Origin: a virus
IMG/VR virus record: IMGVR_UViG_3300048672_000512
Location: 64,001-128,000 of that record
DNA length: 64,000 nucleotides
Strand: one strand, 5' to 3'
Position 1 is the stretch's first letter, and every line of letters begins with the position of its first letter. The notes beneath the pieces are model-generated. The model was not told the origin of the DNA. It saw nothing but the letters and a program-made list of their open reading frames with translations, and made no database searches. Shown piece by piece: positions 17,702 through 27,632 of this stretch. The translations under genes were made by a program, and so were the position numbers.

Positions 17702-18038
17702 GACTACGCATTTGTTTTTGAAGGAAGTTGACGTAAGAAAGCTCCCTGAACCGGTTGTTGAAACAGTAACTATAGGCAACACAGCAAAGGTGAAAGTTGC
17801 CTCAATTGCTGGAATTATTCCAGTGTACGCATACGTTCAGACCTCCGGCGGAATGACGGTTACGGGTAGGCATTACTGGACAGACCTCGTGTTTACCAGC
17901 ACTGACGTAACTAAGGACTTGCTTGGCGCGCACGTAAAAATCTCTATCGAGAACTCCAAGGCTACTTACGAAGGCTTGTTAACAGAACACTGCGCCGACG
18001 AGTACACTGCTAAAATCGATATCGCATATCTCAAATGA
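17634..18038 (+). CDS. Hypothetical protein (true start probably downstream of 17701)
   Basis: Fills the gap; stop overlaps the next ATG. Confidence 0.55.
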   Translation: MDRLQAYYKQQECSGQPQSVSSETTHLFLKEVDVRKLPEPVVETVTIGNTAKVKVASIAGIIPVYAYVQTSGGMTVTGRHYWTDLVFTSTDVTKDLLGAHVKISIENSKATYEGLLTEHCADEYTAKIDIAYLK

Positions 18039-18250
18039 ACTGGCAACAAGCTGTAAACTGGATGAAGCTTGGTTCCAGCGTCAAGCGCGAGTCTGCAAAT
18101 ACTGACGGTGTTCCTTGTGAACCTTGCTGCTTGATGTGGGCCTGGACGCCAGAGAATCAGATTGTCAGAGTGTTCATCGGCAAGGAAAGCAAAGAGTTGT
18201 TCGTCCCAACTACCGAGGACGAGTCTGCTACCGACTGGGTAGTTTGTTAA
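18035..18250 (+). CDS. DUF2829/Tad2-like small protein (candidate anti-defence sponge)
   Basis: MNWQQAVNWMKLGSSVKR...FVPTTEDESATDWVV matches both ends of the DUF2829 pattern. Confidence 0.55.
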   Translation: MNWQQAVNWMKLGSSVKRESANTDGVPCEPCCLMWAWTPENQIVRVFIGKESKELFVPTTEDESATDWVVC

Positions 18251-18266
18251 TAAAGGAAAGAACCAA

Positions 18267-18599
18267 ATGCCTACAAAGCAACTGAAAAAGCGCACAGAGG
18301 CCGGCGTCGTAGAAAAGTCTTCAGAAGCTCCTGAAACAAAGGCTGAACCAGAACGTAATCCGGATAACCTCTATACTATTCTAGAGCAGTTATCATTGAA
18401 CCTTGATAACTTAACTTCAGATGTAGACCTTTTGTACTCTAGACTGTACCCTGTCGTTGAGCAGATTCCTATGCTAGCTGTTCCGGAAGATCAAGGAAGA
18501 GGCGACTGCAAACTAGCCAGGGACTTATCAGAGCAGGTTCTTAAATTGCTCAAATTGGGCCGCTTGGTTGCTGATATGCATCGAGCACTACGCGTATAG
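18267..18599 (+). CDS. Hypothetical helical protein
   Basis: SD AAGGA; last gene of the + strand block. Confidence 0.7.
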   Translation: MPTKQLKKRTEAGVVEKSSEAPETKAEPERNPDNLYTILEQLSLNLDNLTSDVDLLYSRLYPVVEQIPMLAVPEDQGRGDCKLARDLSEQVLKLLKLGRLVADMHRALRV

Positions 18600-18621
18600 C
18601 ACCTAAAACAGCCAACTAAAC

Positions 18622-18656
18622 AAACCCCTGAAAACTGCGTGTTTTCAGGGGTTTTT
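18622..18656 (+). terminator. Intrinsic terminator (14-bp perfect stem)
   Basis: aaacccctgaaaac-tgcgt-gttttcaggggttt-tt. Confidence 0.8.
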
Positions 18657-18784
18657 CGCTTCTGCACCCAGATACACGTCTCGGCCCGGAAACCCCTGTT
18701 TCCTGCTGTTTTTTCATTACGAAAACGATCGGAAACAGGCACTAGGAGACTGGAAGCGTGCTTCGGAAACCATAGATTTCAGCC

Positions 18785-18824
18785 AAAAGAAAAGCCCCGC
18801 AACCACAAGGTCCGGGGCTTTTTT
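18785..18824 (-). terminator. Bidirectional intrinsic terminator ending the - strand structural block
   Basis: aaaagccccg ... cggggctttt with T tracts on both strands. Confidence 0.8.
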
Positions 18825-18842
18825 ACGTCTGTACTTGCGCCG

Positions 18843-20414
18843 TCAATCGTCGTTAGCAACGTGACCGTTGAAACCACCTGCGGTGAAGATACTGACTTCT
18901 GTAGGAGACGATCCAACAACCGCCAACACGTTTACGCTCGGAGACACGTTGTTAGCCGCAGCTGCAGAGTCTAGCTTTGTTGAACTCGGAGCTACGCTGA
19001 AGGTTGAACCAAACTTCATGTTATTAGCCATGACTTTCGGATACACCGTCTGAACGTACACATACCAATACGGGTTACCGTCAGCGCCGTAGGTGGAAAC
19101 CTTCTCATAGACGTGAACACCACCAGCTTGAAGGTAGCGTATGCTTGTCTTGCCTTCGTTTCCGTAGGTGTGGCGGTTTGGCTCTGCAACAAGCAACAAG
19201 CCACCGTCCTTGCTCATTGTCATTGACGCAGCAAAATTCCCGAAAGTGCTTGGAGAGTCGTAGGGTGGACCGAACGTCTGCAATGCACCCCATGCAGTTC
19301 CATTCCAACTATAAACATGGATAATGGTTGGCTGCGTTGTACCTGAGTAGGTAGTGTTAGCTACTGCTAGATAGTTGCTTGAAACGCAAACATTGCTAGC
19401 TACACCCGGCGGCGGCATGGAGATAAATTCGTAGCCGTATCCAGTTCCTGTGTTGTTTGCAGAAGAAAAGTTTACAGCTACAGCGTTTGAGGTTCCGCTT
19501 GTTGCTAAGAACAGCGTGTCGGTGCTGCTTGTGTCCATTGTTGCGTTTGTAGACAAATGCAAACCCATGTTTGAAGCAGAGCTGCGCCACGTCACCGGAT
19601 ACAGAGAGTTTGGATCTCCCATTATCAGTCCAGTTCCTATAACACCCGTGATAGCTCCATCGTTGAAGCCTACTATGAAAGTATTTGACGTGTCATGGAA
19701 ATACTGAAGTTCTCCACTACTGTTGACTTCAAAGCAGGTGACGCCACCAGAAAGTGTACTGAAGTATCTTTTATACGGCATCCCTGTAGCTACGTAAACG
19801 CGCGTAGCTTCCGCTGTAGAATTCAAAACAAGGAACTTTACCGTGTACCCTATCTTCGCATCGCTTAGGTTGCAGTAGGAAAGAAGGTTATTCAACAGGC
19901 ATACATCTACGAAAGCGTCTATGCCACCTCCTATGTTCGATACAGTAGCATCATGTGCAGCCGAGATTAGAGTTGCAGGTCCATAGTTATCCACTATTCT
20001 ATAGACCGTCACTGCACCAAGAATGCGGCTTGCATCGCGTATAGCAGTAGACCTGTCATTCAAACGCAGCTTTGGGCAATCAGGATATCCAACAGCTAAC
20101 ATAGCACCCGAGAAGCTGCTAGCGCGCAGATAATCGAAATCGCTTATAGCACCATACCCGGCGGCTGCAGTGACTACAGGAACATCCAAGTACAGAGAAT
20201 ACGTGTCATCAGGGTTACGCTTGTGCCACCAGATAGTATCGAGAGCACCGCTCTTTCTGAGAAGAACAAACAGGTTGCCGTCGTCTGTCAGCAGAGTTTT
20301 GACAACGCTGTACCCTTCTGCTACGTTTATAGTAGCACGCAGACGTCCAAGTGCAGGTATGTCATCTTCCTTGATTTCAACGTTTGCATTTGGAGGTAGA
20401 GAAAAACCAAACAT
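18843..20414 (-). CDS. Beta-propeller/FG-GAP-like tail fibre-associated protein
   Basis: SD AAAGGA before ATG 20414; repeated FG..(S/A)..LxVGxP...GxVxVY blades; directly downstream of the long fibre. Confidence 0.55.
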   Translation of the reverse strand: MFGFSLPPNANVEIKEDDIPALGRLRATINVAEGYSVVKTLLTDDGNLFVLLRKSGALDTIWWHKRNPDDTYSLYLDVPVVTAAAGYGAISDFDYLRASSFSGAMLAVGYPDCPKLRLNDRSTAIRDASRILGAVTVYRIVDNYGPATLISAAHDATVSNIGGGIDAFVDVCLLNNLLSYCNLSDAKIGYTVKFLVLNSTAEATRVYVATGMPYKRYFSTLSGGVTCFEVNSSGELQYFHDTSNTFIVGFNDGAITGVIGTGLIMGDPNSLYPVTWRSSASNMGLHLSTNATMDTSSTDTLFLATSGTSNAVAVNFSSANNTGTGYGYEFISMPPPGVASNVCVSSNYLAVANTTYSGTTQPTIIHVYSWNGTAWGALQTFGPPYDSPSTFGNFAASMTMSKDGGLLLVAEPNRHTYGNEGKTSIRYLQAGGVHVYEKVSTYGADGNPYWYVYVQTVYPKVMANNMKFGSTFSVAPSSTKLDSAAAANNVSPSVNVLAVVGSSPTEVSIFTAGGFNGHVANDD

Positions 20415-20462
20415 GTTGTCCTTTCCGGCTTGGCGAGTACTCGCCAAGCCGCTGTTCAAATG

Positions 20463-23400
20463 TTAATAACCGCTAAGAGACGTCCAGTAACCCTGATGCG
20501 TACTCAAGCCTTCGTGATACGTTATCTGAAGGTAACCAGTCATCCCTGCAGCGTATGGCGGCAGCCCCGCTACATACGGACCCGCAGCCACGGTAAACCA
20601 ACCGCCTACAGGCTGCTGAAACCGCACGGTTATGAACTGCCCAGGGTTCCAGTTGTAGACAGTAAACGTGGTTACGTTAGCTGTCAACTCGGTAACAAAG
20701 AAGACGTTAGACCTGGAAGCGTCTATTGACAAAACTCCTGCAACTGGAGTAGCAAGAACCGGCTCTGTAGTAAACCCAGTCTTCAGTGTCGAGCCACCGT
20801 TGGAAATGACAAGAGTGTCTTCCTTGACCTGAACACTATCCACACTGTTTGTTGTAGCAATTACAACCTTGGTGGTGAACGTGTCTGTTGCGGAATCATA
20901 GTTTCGTACCTCAGACCGAATTGTAGATCCTTCGTACACGCTAGTTCCGTCAGTGTCACCGATGAAACCGATGTGTCCTATGTGGTCGCCAGCTTGCACG
21001 CGAACACGTGTTCCTACCGCCGTTCCACGAGAACGAAACAGGTTAACGCTACCTGCAGAGGTTGCAGTCGTTCCCCAGTATCCGGTAACAGAGCTTGCAT
21101 CAGCTGCAGTCGTCATGTGCTGTTGCAGACGGAAGTTGATACCTCCATCAAAAACAGTACCGTGATCAGACACCAGAAGCTTGCCAGCTCTTGATGCTGC
21201 AGCAACTACGCCGCCGGAAACCAGCGACAACTTTGCAGTGTCAGTAGTTCCTACTTGAAGGTCTGTTGCAGAGCTTGTAAGCACGTTTGCAGTATCGGCA
21301 GCTTCTATTCCAGAAGAGTATCCAGAATTTCCAAGACTGACTCGCAGCGTCTTGCCAGTGTCAGACACTAGGCTAAGTTGCTGGTTTGCTGTAGCTGATG
21401 TGCTCTTTAGGTAAAGCGTTGTAGCTGCAACATCGCAGGCAAGAGTAGCGGTATCCGAGAGTTCAAGACGTGTGCCGTTCGCTGCTGGATCGCCACTAAG
21501 GCTCAGATAGGTGGTAGAGGAGCCGTCTGTTTTCAGAAGAACATTAGCTACGCTTGTGCTGTTTCCAGACACGTTAAAGCGAAGACCGCCCTGCGTATTA
21601 GGCCCGGCGGCTGTTGTACTTATGGTTGCATATTGCGAGTTTTGCTCCCACACTTTCTTGGGTGTACTTGAGCCAATTGCAGTGACATAGGTTCTAAGCA
21701 GCGTAGGCGTGGAAGACAAAGACCAGACTGCTTCTGCTACGGCTTCTGTATAGGCAGAAATCGCAGAGTGTGCAGTGGAGTTGTCGCCACCAAAGCGCAC
21801 ACCACCTAGTACGTCTCCAGTCTGCACTGGAGCATAAGTGCTAGCTGCAATTTGCGCCGGCGTTGCTCTGCTGCTGCTCAGGATAAGACTAGCACCCGAC
21901 GTCGTACCTGTTGGAATGCTATGTGCAAACACAAGCGTACTTGCATCGCTACCCGAAACTTGCAGCGTTGCCTCAGTCGGAGTTGAAATCGCAGGTACTT
22001 GAACCGTTCCCGTGGGCTTGCTGACTCGCGTATTGGTGCTGATTGCAAAGTTCAAACTGTTGCCAGTGAGGTACTTTGTAGTAGCGTTGTAGGACAGAAT
22101 GTCATTTGCGCCTGCAGATATAACTACGTTTGCCGTGTTACCGACGCTCGATCCAAACCGAACAGAGTCGTCAGAGTCTAGGCGCAAGCCACCTTTCAGA
22201 ACGTTGTTGCGAAGCAGCTCATAAGCCGCTGTGGAACTAGCAACGCTACTAGAGTCCAAGGAGAACGCACGTGTCGTTCCCCACTGCCCAGGGAAGTTAG
22301 TACCGATGCCTATGTTGCCAGAAGTGAAATTCAGGTTATTTGGAAGGGCAACTGACTTTGCTTTTATGGTTACCGTGTCCGAAGCGCTGTCCCCAAGCGT
22401 GGTGTTTCCATTTACACTGAGGTTTCCGCTTACCGTCAGATCGTTTCCGCTAAAGAACTGAGTCAGCGGATGCCATCCTGTACCATCGTACACGTAGGGT
22501 ATGTAGGAGATACCGTCATTCGTGTCAAAGTACAGCGAAGGGTTTGTACTCGTCACACCAAGAACAGGAGCACCAGCGCCGAATTGCACCACCGGACCTA
22601 CTATCTTGTTCCAAGCAGCACCACTGTACACGTATAGCGTGTACGGTGTAGTGCTTGTGTTGAAATAGATAGCAGGAGAAGTCGGTGTCGTACCAAGGAC
22701 GGGAGCCCCCAGGCTGAACTGGCAGGACGGATATGTAACCTGAGTCCACGCGCTGTTGTAAACGTACAGAGAGTAGGGAGAAACGCTGGTATCCAGATAG
22801 GCAGAAGGTTCTACCGGAGTACCTACGTCAGGAGCACCAGCGCCGAATTGCACCGCCTGAGAGACAAACTTCTTCCACACGCCAGCGTTGTTAATCCAAG
22901 CCTGATACGGATTCACTGCTGTATTGAAATACAGTCTTGGATTCGTAGGCGTCGCTCCGGATGGATTGCCAGATCCGAACTGCACAGTCTTTGCTACGTT
23001 GTAAACTACATAGCTGACAGCAGTTTGCAGAGCGTTAGCTGCCCCTGCATTATTAAGGGCTTCAACAAGACCCAGAGGTGTTGTTACCAGGGAGCTTGAA
23101 CTTCCTGTTCCCGTCTGAGTAGAACTGGCCAGTAGCACGTCACCCGAAGTGGATGTAGTAGCAGTCGGATAACCAGTTATAAGCAGGCCTGACAGAAACG
23201 TGTAAGCAGCTTGCGTAAGGTGATAGTATTCGCCTGCTGTTCCACCTTGAAGACCACCAAGCGAACTATGTTGCTTTGTAGCAAGGACGGAATTAAGAAA
23301 ACCCTTGGTAGCAGCATCCGTATCAAGCAGAGGATCCGCAACGTCAGTAAGTCGGTGTCCTCCTATGTCCAAGTCTCCGGTTGCTGGAGACGTGCCATCC

Positions 23401-24311
23401 TTTCGCAGCATTGCGCTGGCAGGGTTTGCAATCAACTCATTGATCATCGAGGCTGTAAGCCCTGAATCCAATCCATGAAGAAGATTTGCAATGAATGGCG
23501 TAAGCTCTGACTTCTTTAGAACCTGAAACGTGGTTCCAACCGGCGGATTACTACCAAACGGCGTAAAGAACTGGTAAGTCTGAGTTAGCGTGTCGTATGA
23601 GGAAACAACACGCACGACACCAGTGTTCAAGCCAGAGGTGAACTGCACCACAAGTTCACCGGAGAACCCAGGAGCTACTGCTGGATCCAGAGTCGTTATG
23701 GAGTACGCCGTAGCACTCGAAACTTCTCCAAGGTGAATCTGATCTTGGTAGCCAACAACAGTCCAAAGAGTGTCATTGGAAACAGCTACTACGGAATTCT
23801 GACCGTCAGGTGCTGCCGTTGTGTAGATGTTAGGCCTAGCGTCTACAGCACGCGGCAGCTGATCCAGAGAGGCAAGAGCCGGAACTGACATTGCAAAGTC
23901 AGAGTTTCCAAGTTCTGCGTACACTTGAAACAGCATGCCTACCGTTGACACATAACAGTCAATAGCGAACGCGTTACCTTGAACAAGACTTGTCTTCTTG
24001 ATCTTGGAAATGCTTGTGCTATTCACGCCTAGTGCGAACAGAACATTGCCTGGCAGGTACAGGCCTACTTCAGAGAAATTGAAGTCTCCAACGGAGTAGT
24101 CCATGTACAGAGTGTACTTGAGAAGATTATTCTCAACCACAACTGGAGCGGACGGTACGCCGTTGTACAGGAGGTTTCCGTGAATGTCTGTATCACTAGC
24201 CCCCGGAACGTATCCAAGACCGTCGCCAATACGAAACAGCGACAGAACTGGAGGGAGGCTTGGATTCAGAGTGAGGTAGTCATTACCTTCTGTGGTAAGT
24301 TGAAAATACAT
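20463..24311 (-). CDS. Long tail fibre protein (1282 aa)
   Basis: N-terminus of tail-collar/baseplate-anchor type (FQLTTEG...IGDG...EVGLY); S/T/G-rich repeats; paralogous to 24321-25820. Confidence 0.8.
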   Translation of the reverse strand: MYFQLTTEGNDYLTLNPSLPPVLSLFRIGDGLGYVPGASDTDIHGNLLYNGVPSAPVVVENNLLKYTLYMDYSVGDFNFSEVGLYLPGNVLFALGVNSTSISKIKKTSLVQGNAFAIDCYVSTVGMLFQVYAELGNSDFAMSVPALASLDQLPRAVDARPNIYTTAAPDGQNSVVAVSNDTLWTVVGYQDQIHLGEVSSATAYSITTLDPAVAPGFSGELVVQFTSGLNTGVVRVVSSYDTLTQTYQFFTPFGSNPPVGTTFQVLKKSELTPFIANLLHGLDSGLTASMINELIANPASAMLRKDGTSPATGDLDIGGHRLTDVADPLLDTDAATKGFLNSVLATKQHSSLGGLQGGTAGEYYHLTQAAYTFLSGLLITGYPTATTSTSGDVLLASSTQTGTGSSSSLVTTPLGLVEALNNAGAANALQTAVSYVVYNVAKTVQFGSGNPSGATPTNPRLYFNTAVNPYQAWINNAGVWKKFVSQAVQFGAGAPDVGTPVEPSAYLDTSVSPYSLYVYNSAWTQVTYPSCQFSLGAPVLGTTPTSPAIYFNTSTTPYTLYVYSGAAWNKIVGPVVQFGAGAPVLGVTSTNPSLYFDTNDGISYIPYVYDGTGWHPLTQFFSGNDLTVSGNLSVNGNTTLGDSASDTVTIKAKSVALPNNLNFTSGNIGIGTNFPGQWGTTRAFSLDSSSVASSTAAYELLRNNVLKGGLRLDSDDSVRFGSSVGNTANVVISAGANDILSYNATTKYLTGNSLNFAISTNTRVSKPTGTVQVPAISTPTEATLQVSGSDASTLVFAHSIPTGTTSGASLILSSSRATPAQIAASTYAPVQTGDVLGGVRFGGDNSTAHSAISAYTEAVAEAVWSLSSTPTLLRTYVTAIGSSTPKKVWEQNSQYATISTTAAGPNTQGGLRFNVSGNSTSVANVLLKTDGSSTTYLSLSGDPAANGTRLELSDTATLACDVAATTLYLKSTSATANQQLSLVSDTGKTLRVSLGNSGYSSGIEAADTANVLTSSATDLQVGTTDTAKLSLVSGGVVAAASRAGKLLVSDHGTVFDGGINFRLQQHMTTAADASSVTGYWGTTATSAGSVNLFRSRGTAVGTRVRVQAGDHIGHIGFIGDTDGTSVYEGSTIRSEVRNYDSATDTFTTKVVIATTNSVDSVQVKEDTLVISNGGSTLKTGFTTEPVLATPVAGVLSIDASRSNVFFVTELTANVTTFTVYNWNPGQFITVRFQQPVGGWFTVAAGPYVAGLPPYAAGMTGYLQITYHEGLSTHQGYWTSLSGY
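22460..22985 (-). repeat. Four ~42-aa tandem repeats within the long tail fibre
   Basis: VQFG[SA]GxP...P..YF[ND]T...Y..Y(V)Y...W; the 26-nt string caggagcaccagcgccgaattgcacc occurs at 22565 and 22829. Confidence 0.85.
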
Positions 24312-24320
24312 GTGCGTCCT

Positions 24321-25820
24321 TTAGATTGAAGAAACTACCCAGCCAGTTGTGTTATCCACCCAGGTGAATCTAACTGACTTTACAGTAGACACTGTAGCAC
24401 CACCGGTATCGCTATGAACCGTGCCAGTTACTACAAGATTCTTTGTAGTCCAAGTGCTTGCAGTGTCAGCTAACACTACGAATTCACTTCCGTCACCTAC
24501 AAAACCCGTTGTTACAGGAAGGATGACGTTTAGCGTAGCTGCAGATATAGCACTACTGTCAACCAGCACCATGTACCCTAGATGGGCTACTGTAAGCGTC
24601 AAGGTTGTGGTTGAGCTACCAATTGTAGGCGTAGGCGTGTACTTTGGAATAGCGGATGCCCGCGCCCACAGGCCGTCACCTTTAAGAACTCTATCCTGTT
24701 GACCCGCTGTTGGCTTCGGAACCGCACCACCGATACCGTCAAAACCAGAAGTTGCACCGGTAAACGCATAGACGTTCGATCCAAGCTGAACAATAGCCTG
24801 CGTCATCGAATACAGATTCACTGCATCACCAGGAGCTGTTGGATTGCCAACAGACGTCAATTTGTAGCTACCCATGCTCAGAGGAGCTTGCATCGTGCGC
24901 GAACCATCCAGCAGAACAGCTGCAGTTATGTCCGTGTTGAGAAGTTCATTTACATGAGCTGCTGTCAGGCTTGTATTGAGTCCAGCAAGAAAAGCTGCTG
25001 CGGTATCTGTCAGAATCCGTTTTCGGTAAACAACAAAGGTATCGTTGACGGATGGCGCAGAAGCTAGTGGGTTTACAAAGTTGAAACCCGTTGTGTCCGA
25101 AGTCAACGATGCAACCTGACGCAGCAAACCCGCCTTGCTACCAGATACAAACTGAAGTATGTATTCTCCAGTGTAGCTAGGTGCAGCGATAGAAAGCACA
25201 CCGCTAGTGCTCACAGAAGAACCTGTTGCAGAGGCTACTGTTCCGTTAAGGATAACTTCTTCATAGCCAGTTATAGACCACAGCGACTGGTTAGAAAAAG
25301 CAAGAACCGAACCTGTGCTGTCAGGGGAGAAGGTTATAAAGATGTTGGGTATCGCTGTTGCCGCCTGTGGAAGTGAGTCCACGCTCGGTTGTGATCCCAC
25401 CACCAAGCTGTTATCAGAGTTTCCAAGCTCTGAGTATATAGCCTGATTCGTGCCAGAAGTAGAAACATAGCACTCGATGACAAGTGCATTTGGATTCGTA
25501 CTTGACGAAGGGGACTTTATGATAGGCGTTGAATTCACACCTATAGCAAACAGCGAACTCGAAAGGAACAAGCCGCATTCACCAAATGTAAACGGACCAG
25601 CAGAGTAATCAACGACGACGGTGTACTTCAATACGTTTGCAGAAGACTGCACGTAGGCAGAAGTGGAACTGGAATAGACCACCGTTCCAACGAGGTTTGT
25701 AGCCGACGGGCTTGCAGTGTAAGCTCCAGACGTTCCAAGTTTAGCAGTTAGTGTTTCAGGAGGATTGCCCGGATTCGCCTGGAGGTAGCTGATGCCAAAG
25801 TCTGTAAGTATGAAGTACAT
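24321..25820 (-). CDS. Short tail fibre protein (499 aa), paralogue of the long fibre N-terminus
   Basis: MYFILTDFG..., YTVVVDYSAGPFTFGECGLF, YSELGNSD, SVDSLPQA align with the first ~340 aa of the long fibre. Confidence 0.8.
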   Translation of the reverse strand: MYFILTDFGISYLQANPGNPPETLTAKLGTSGAYTASPSATNLVGTVVYSSSTSAYVQSSANVLKYTVVVDYSAGPFTFGECGLFLSSSLFAIGVNSTPIIKSPSSSTNPNALVIECYVSTSGTNQAIYSELGNSDNSLVVGSQPSVDSLPQAATAIPNIFITFSPDSTGSVLAFSNQSLWSITGYEEVILNGTVASATGSSVSTSGVLSIAAPSYTGEYILQFVSGSKAGLLRQVASLTSDTTGFNFVNPLASAPSVNDTFVVYRKRILTDTAAAFLAGLNTSLTAAHVNELLNTDITAAVLLDGSRTMQAPLSMGSYKLTSVGNPTAPGDAVNLYSMTQAIVQLGSNVYAFTGATSGFDGIGGAVPKPTAGQQDRVLKGDGLWARASAIPKYTPTPTIGSSTTTLTLTVAHLGYMVLVDSSAISAATLNVILPVTTGFVGDGSEFVVLADTASTWTTKNLVVTGTVHSDTGGATVSTVKSVRFTWVDNTTGWVVSSI

Positions 25821-25831
25821 AGTAATCCTAG

Positions 25832-26236
25832 TTATGACTGAAGGATGTGCAGCAACCCGACTCTTGGAATAAATACTATTTCCAACTTTATAGGGTCAGG
25901 TGCTTTTGTCTGAGGTGTTGATGCTATAACCGTCGGTGAAATAGTAGCAACCACGGATATCGCATAGACGGTATAACCACGCAAGCTCGAAGATCGGACT
26001 CTTGTTGGCACTATGCCTAGGTCAGAGAGCTTGTACTTGAATTCAGTCTGGGCTGCAACGAGCTGACGTTTCAACGCAGACGTTATTTTTATGTCGTAGG
26101 TACGCGGCTTCAAACTGACACTGAAAGATGCGTCAACGCTTCCTAGAATGTTGACGCGTTCCAACGGTTGAGTATTAGCAGCTTTACTGCAGGCACTGAT
26201 GACACCGTAGTAAAGCTGCTTTTCTGCTAGTGACAT
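25832..26236 (-). CDS. Hypothetical protein
   Basis: 134-aa ORF abutting its neighbours. Confidence 0.7.
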   Translation of the reverse strand: MSLAEKQLYYGVISACSKAANTQPLERVNILGSVDASFSVSLKPRTYDIKITSALKRQLVAAQTEFKYKLSDLGIVPTRVRSSSLRGYTVYAISVVATISPTVIASTPQTKAPDPIKLEIVFIPRVGLLHILQS

Positions 26237-26803
26237 TTATTTAGGCCACACAAAGTAGTAATCGTTATCATCTTCGTCCATGCGAATGTATGACTCGGAA
26301 GCATCGTCGTACAGAAGCGGCATGCTTCCGGAGAAGTCTGCATAGACCTTCTTTCCACGTGAGTTCACCAAGTGAATCTCTTTGTGCTTGCGTGCTACGG
26401 AACACCAGTTGCGTACAGCCATTGATCCAATGTTGTCGCTTGAAGTAAGAAGCTTGTCTGCAGGTATGTACTTTCGTGCCTGCTCAAGAAGTGTTCTTCC
26501 GTATCCAAGATTGCGATACGCTAGCTTCACGTATATTGTTCCTACAGCGACTTTTTTAGGATCGCGCGTAGCAGAGATTCCTAGTATTGCGTGCACGTCC
26601 CATTCGTCGTCGGTTCCTTGCACGATAAATCCGTACTCAATACCGTGAAAGCCTGGCTTTGATATAGCACGGAACTGCTCTTGTCTATCCGCGTTCAGCA
26701 TGCTAGCAAGTTCAGTTCCGGACTTGAAGTTGACGTACACGCGGCGAGCATCAAATTCGTCCGCGTTTTCACCTTCCGCAATATGCATAGCTTCCGTACG
26801 CAT
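26237..26803 (-). CDS. GNAT-like acetyltransferase, copy A
   Basis: IYVKLAYRNLGYGRTLL acetyl-CoA motif A; paralogue of 27633-28205. Confidence 0.7.
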   Translation of the reverse strand: MRTEAMHIAEGENADEFDARRVYVNFKSGTELASMLNADRQEQFRAISKPGFHGIEYGFIVQGTDDEWDVHAILGISATRDPKKVAVGTIYVKLAYRNLGYGRTLLEQARKYIPADKLLTSSDNIGSMAVRNWCSVARKHKEIHLVNSRGKKVYADFSGSMPLLYDDASESYIRMDEDDNDYYFVWPK

Positions 26804-27610
26804 TTATACACCCCACAAAGACTGCATGTGTTTCACAACATCGTGATGGCTTGAGAGGCTTGCTTGGTCCTTGGTAGTTGCTACGCGCGCCTGTGTTGTG
26901 CTGCGCTCTGTGTAAGCCAGCTTGACGTCGCTGTGAGCAATAGCATAAGCGGGATCACGTACAACCGAGAACTCATAAGGTGATATCCCCTCTACTGTCT
27001 TGTAAACAAGCTTGCCATTCAGTTCGTAGAAGGTGACAGGAGAATTTGCATTCAGGTGTCGGCATTTACCTTCACGTGCACCGCAGTAACCACAGTTGAT
27101 GTGGTCTGCCATTGCACCCATCGAATAGGTATTGATTTCACCGACTTCAACCTGCTCTGCAAGTTCTGCATTCTTAGTACGGTCAATTGCAGCGAGAGCT
27201 AGCACCTTCCAGATATTCTTTCCAAAACCCTTGATAGGACGCATGGAAACATCGGCAACTACACCAAGAGCTTTTGTTATGTCGTCACTCTGATGCTCTT
27301 CGTACATAGGAGCATAGCGCCAGCCCTCGTAAGCTTGACACTTAAGATCTGGGTTCCACCGAGTCAACTCAAGATTTGGAAATGAATAGCCATTGCGATT
27401 GCTGAGCTGTGTCATAAGCAGCGGGGTAACAAACATGAAGTAATCTTTTGGATCACTTGACAGGTTCATCACCTTGCTCAGGAAGGGAAGCTTTGCCTCA
27501 AACCCGGTAGGTGCTTGCGTTACTACTTCGATGTCAAGCTCAGACGCTACATACGATTTACGTTTGTTAGGCGTGCGAGTCTGCAAGCTGGAAATAACTT
27601 TTGTACTCAT
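26804..27610 (-). CDS. Prohead (capsid maturation) protease, HK97/assemblin fold
   Basis: NRNGYSFP, PMYEEH (His), TYSMGA (Ser), CGYCG..CRH insert, YEFSVVRDPA. True start ATG 27610; the ORF-track extension overlaps the upstream gene. Confidence 0.75.
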   Translation of the reverse strand: MSTKVISSLQTRTPNKRKSYVASELDIEVVTQAPTGFEAKLPFLSKVMNLSSDPKDYFMFVTPLLMTQLSNRNGYSFPNLELTRWNPDLKCQAYEGWRYAPMYEEHQSDDITKALGVVADVSMRPIKGFGKNIWKVLALAAIDRTKNAELAEQVEVGEINTYSMGAMADHINCGYCGAREGKCRHLNANSPVTFYELNGKLVYKTVEGISPYEFSVVRDPAYAIAHSDVKLAYTERSTTQARVATTKDQASLSSHHDVVKHMQSLWGV

Positions 27611-27632
27611 GATATTCCTTGTATATACGTTT

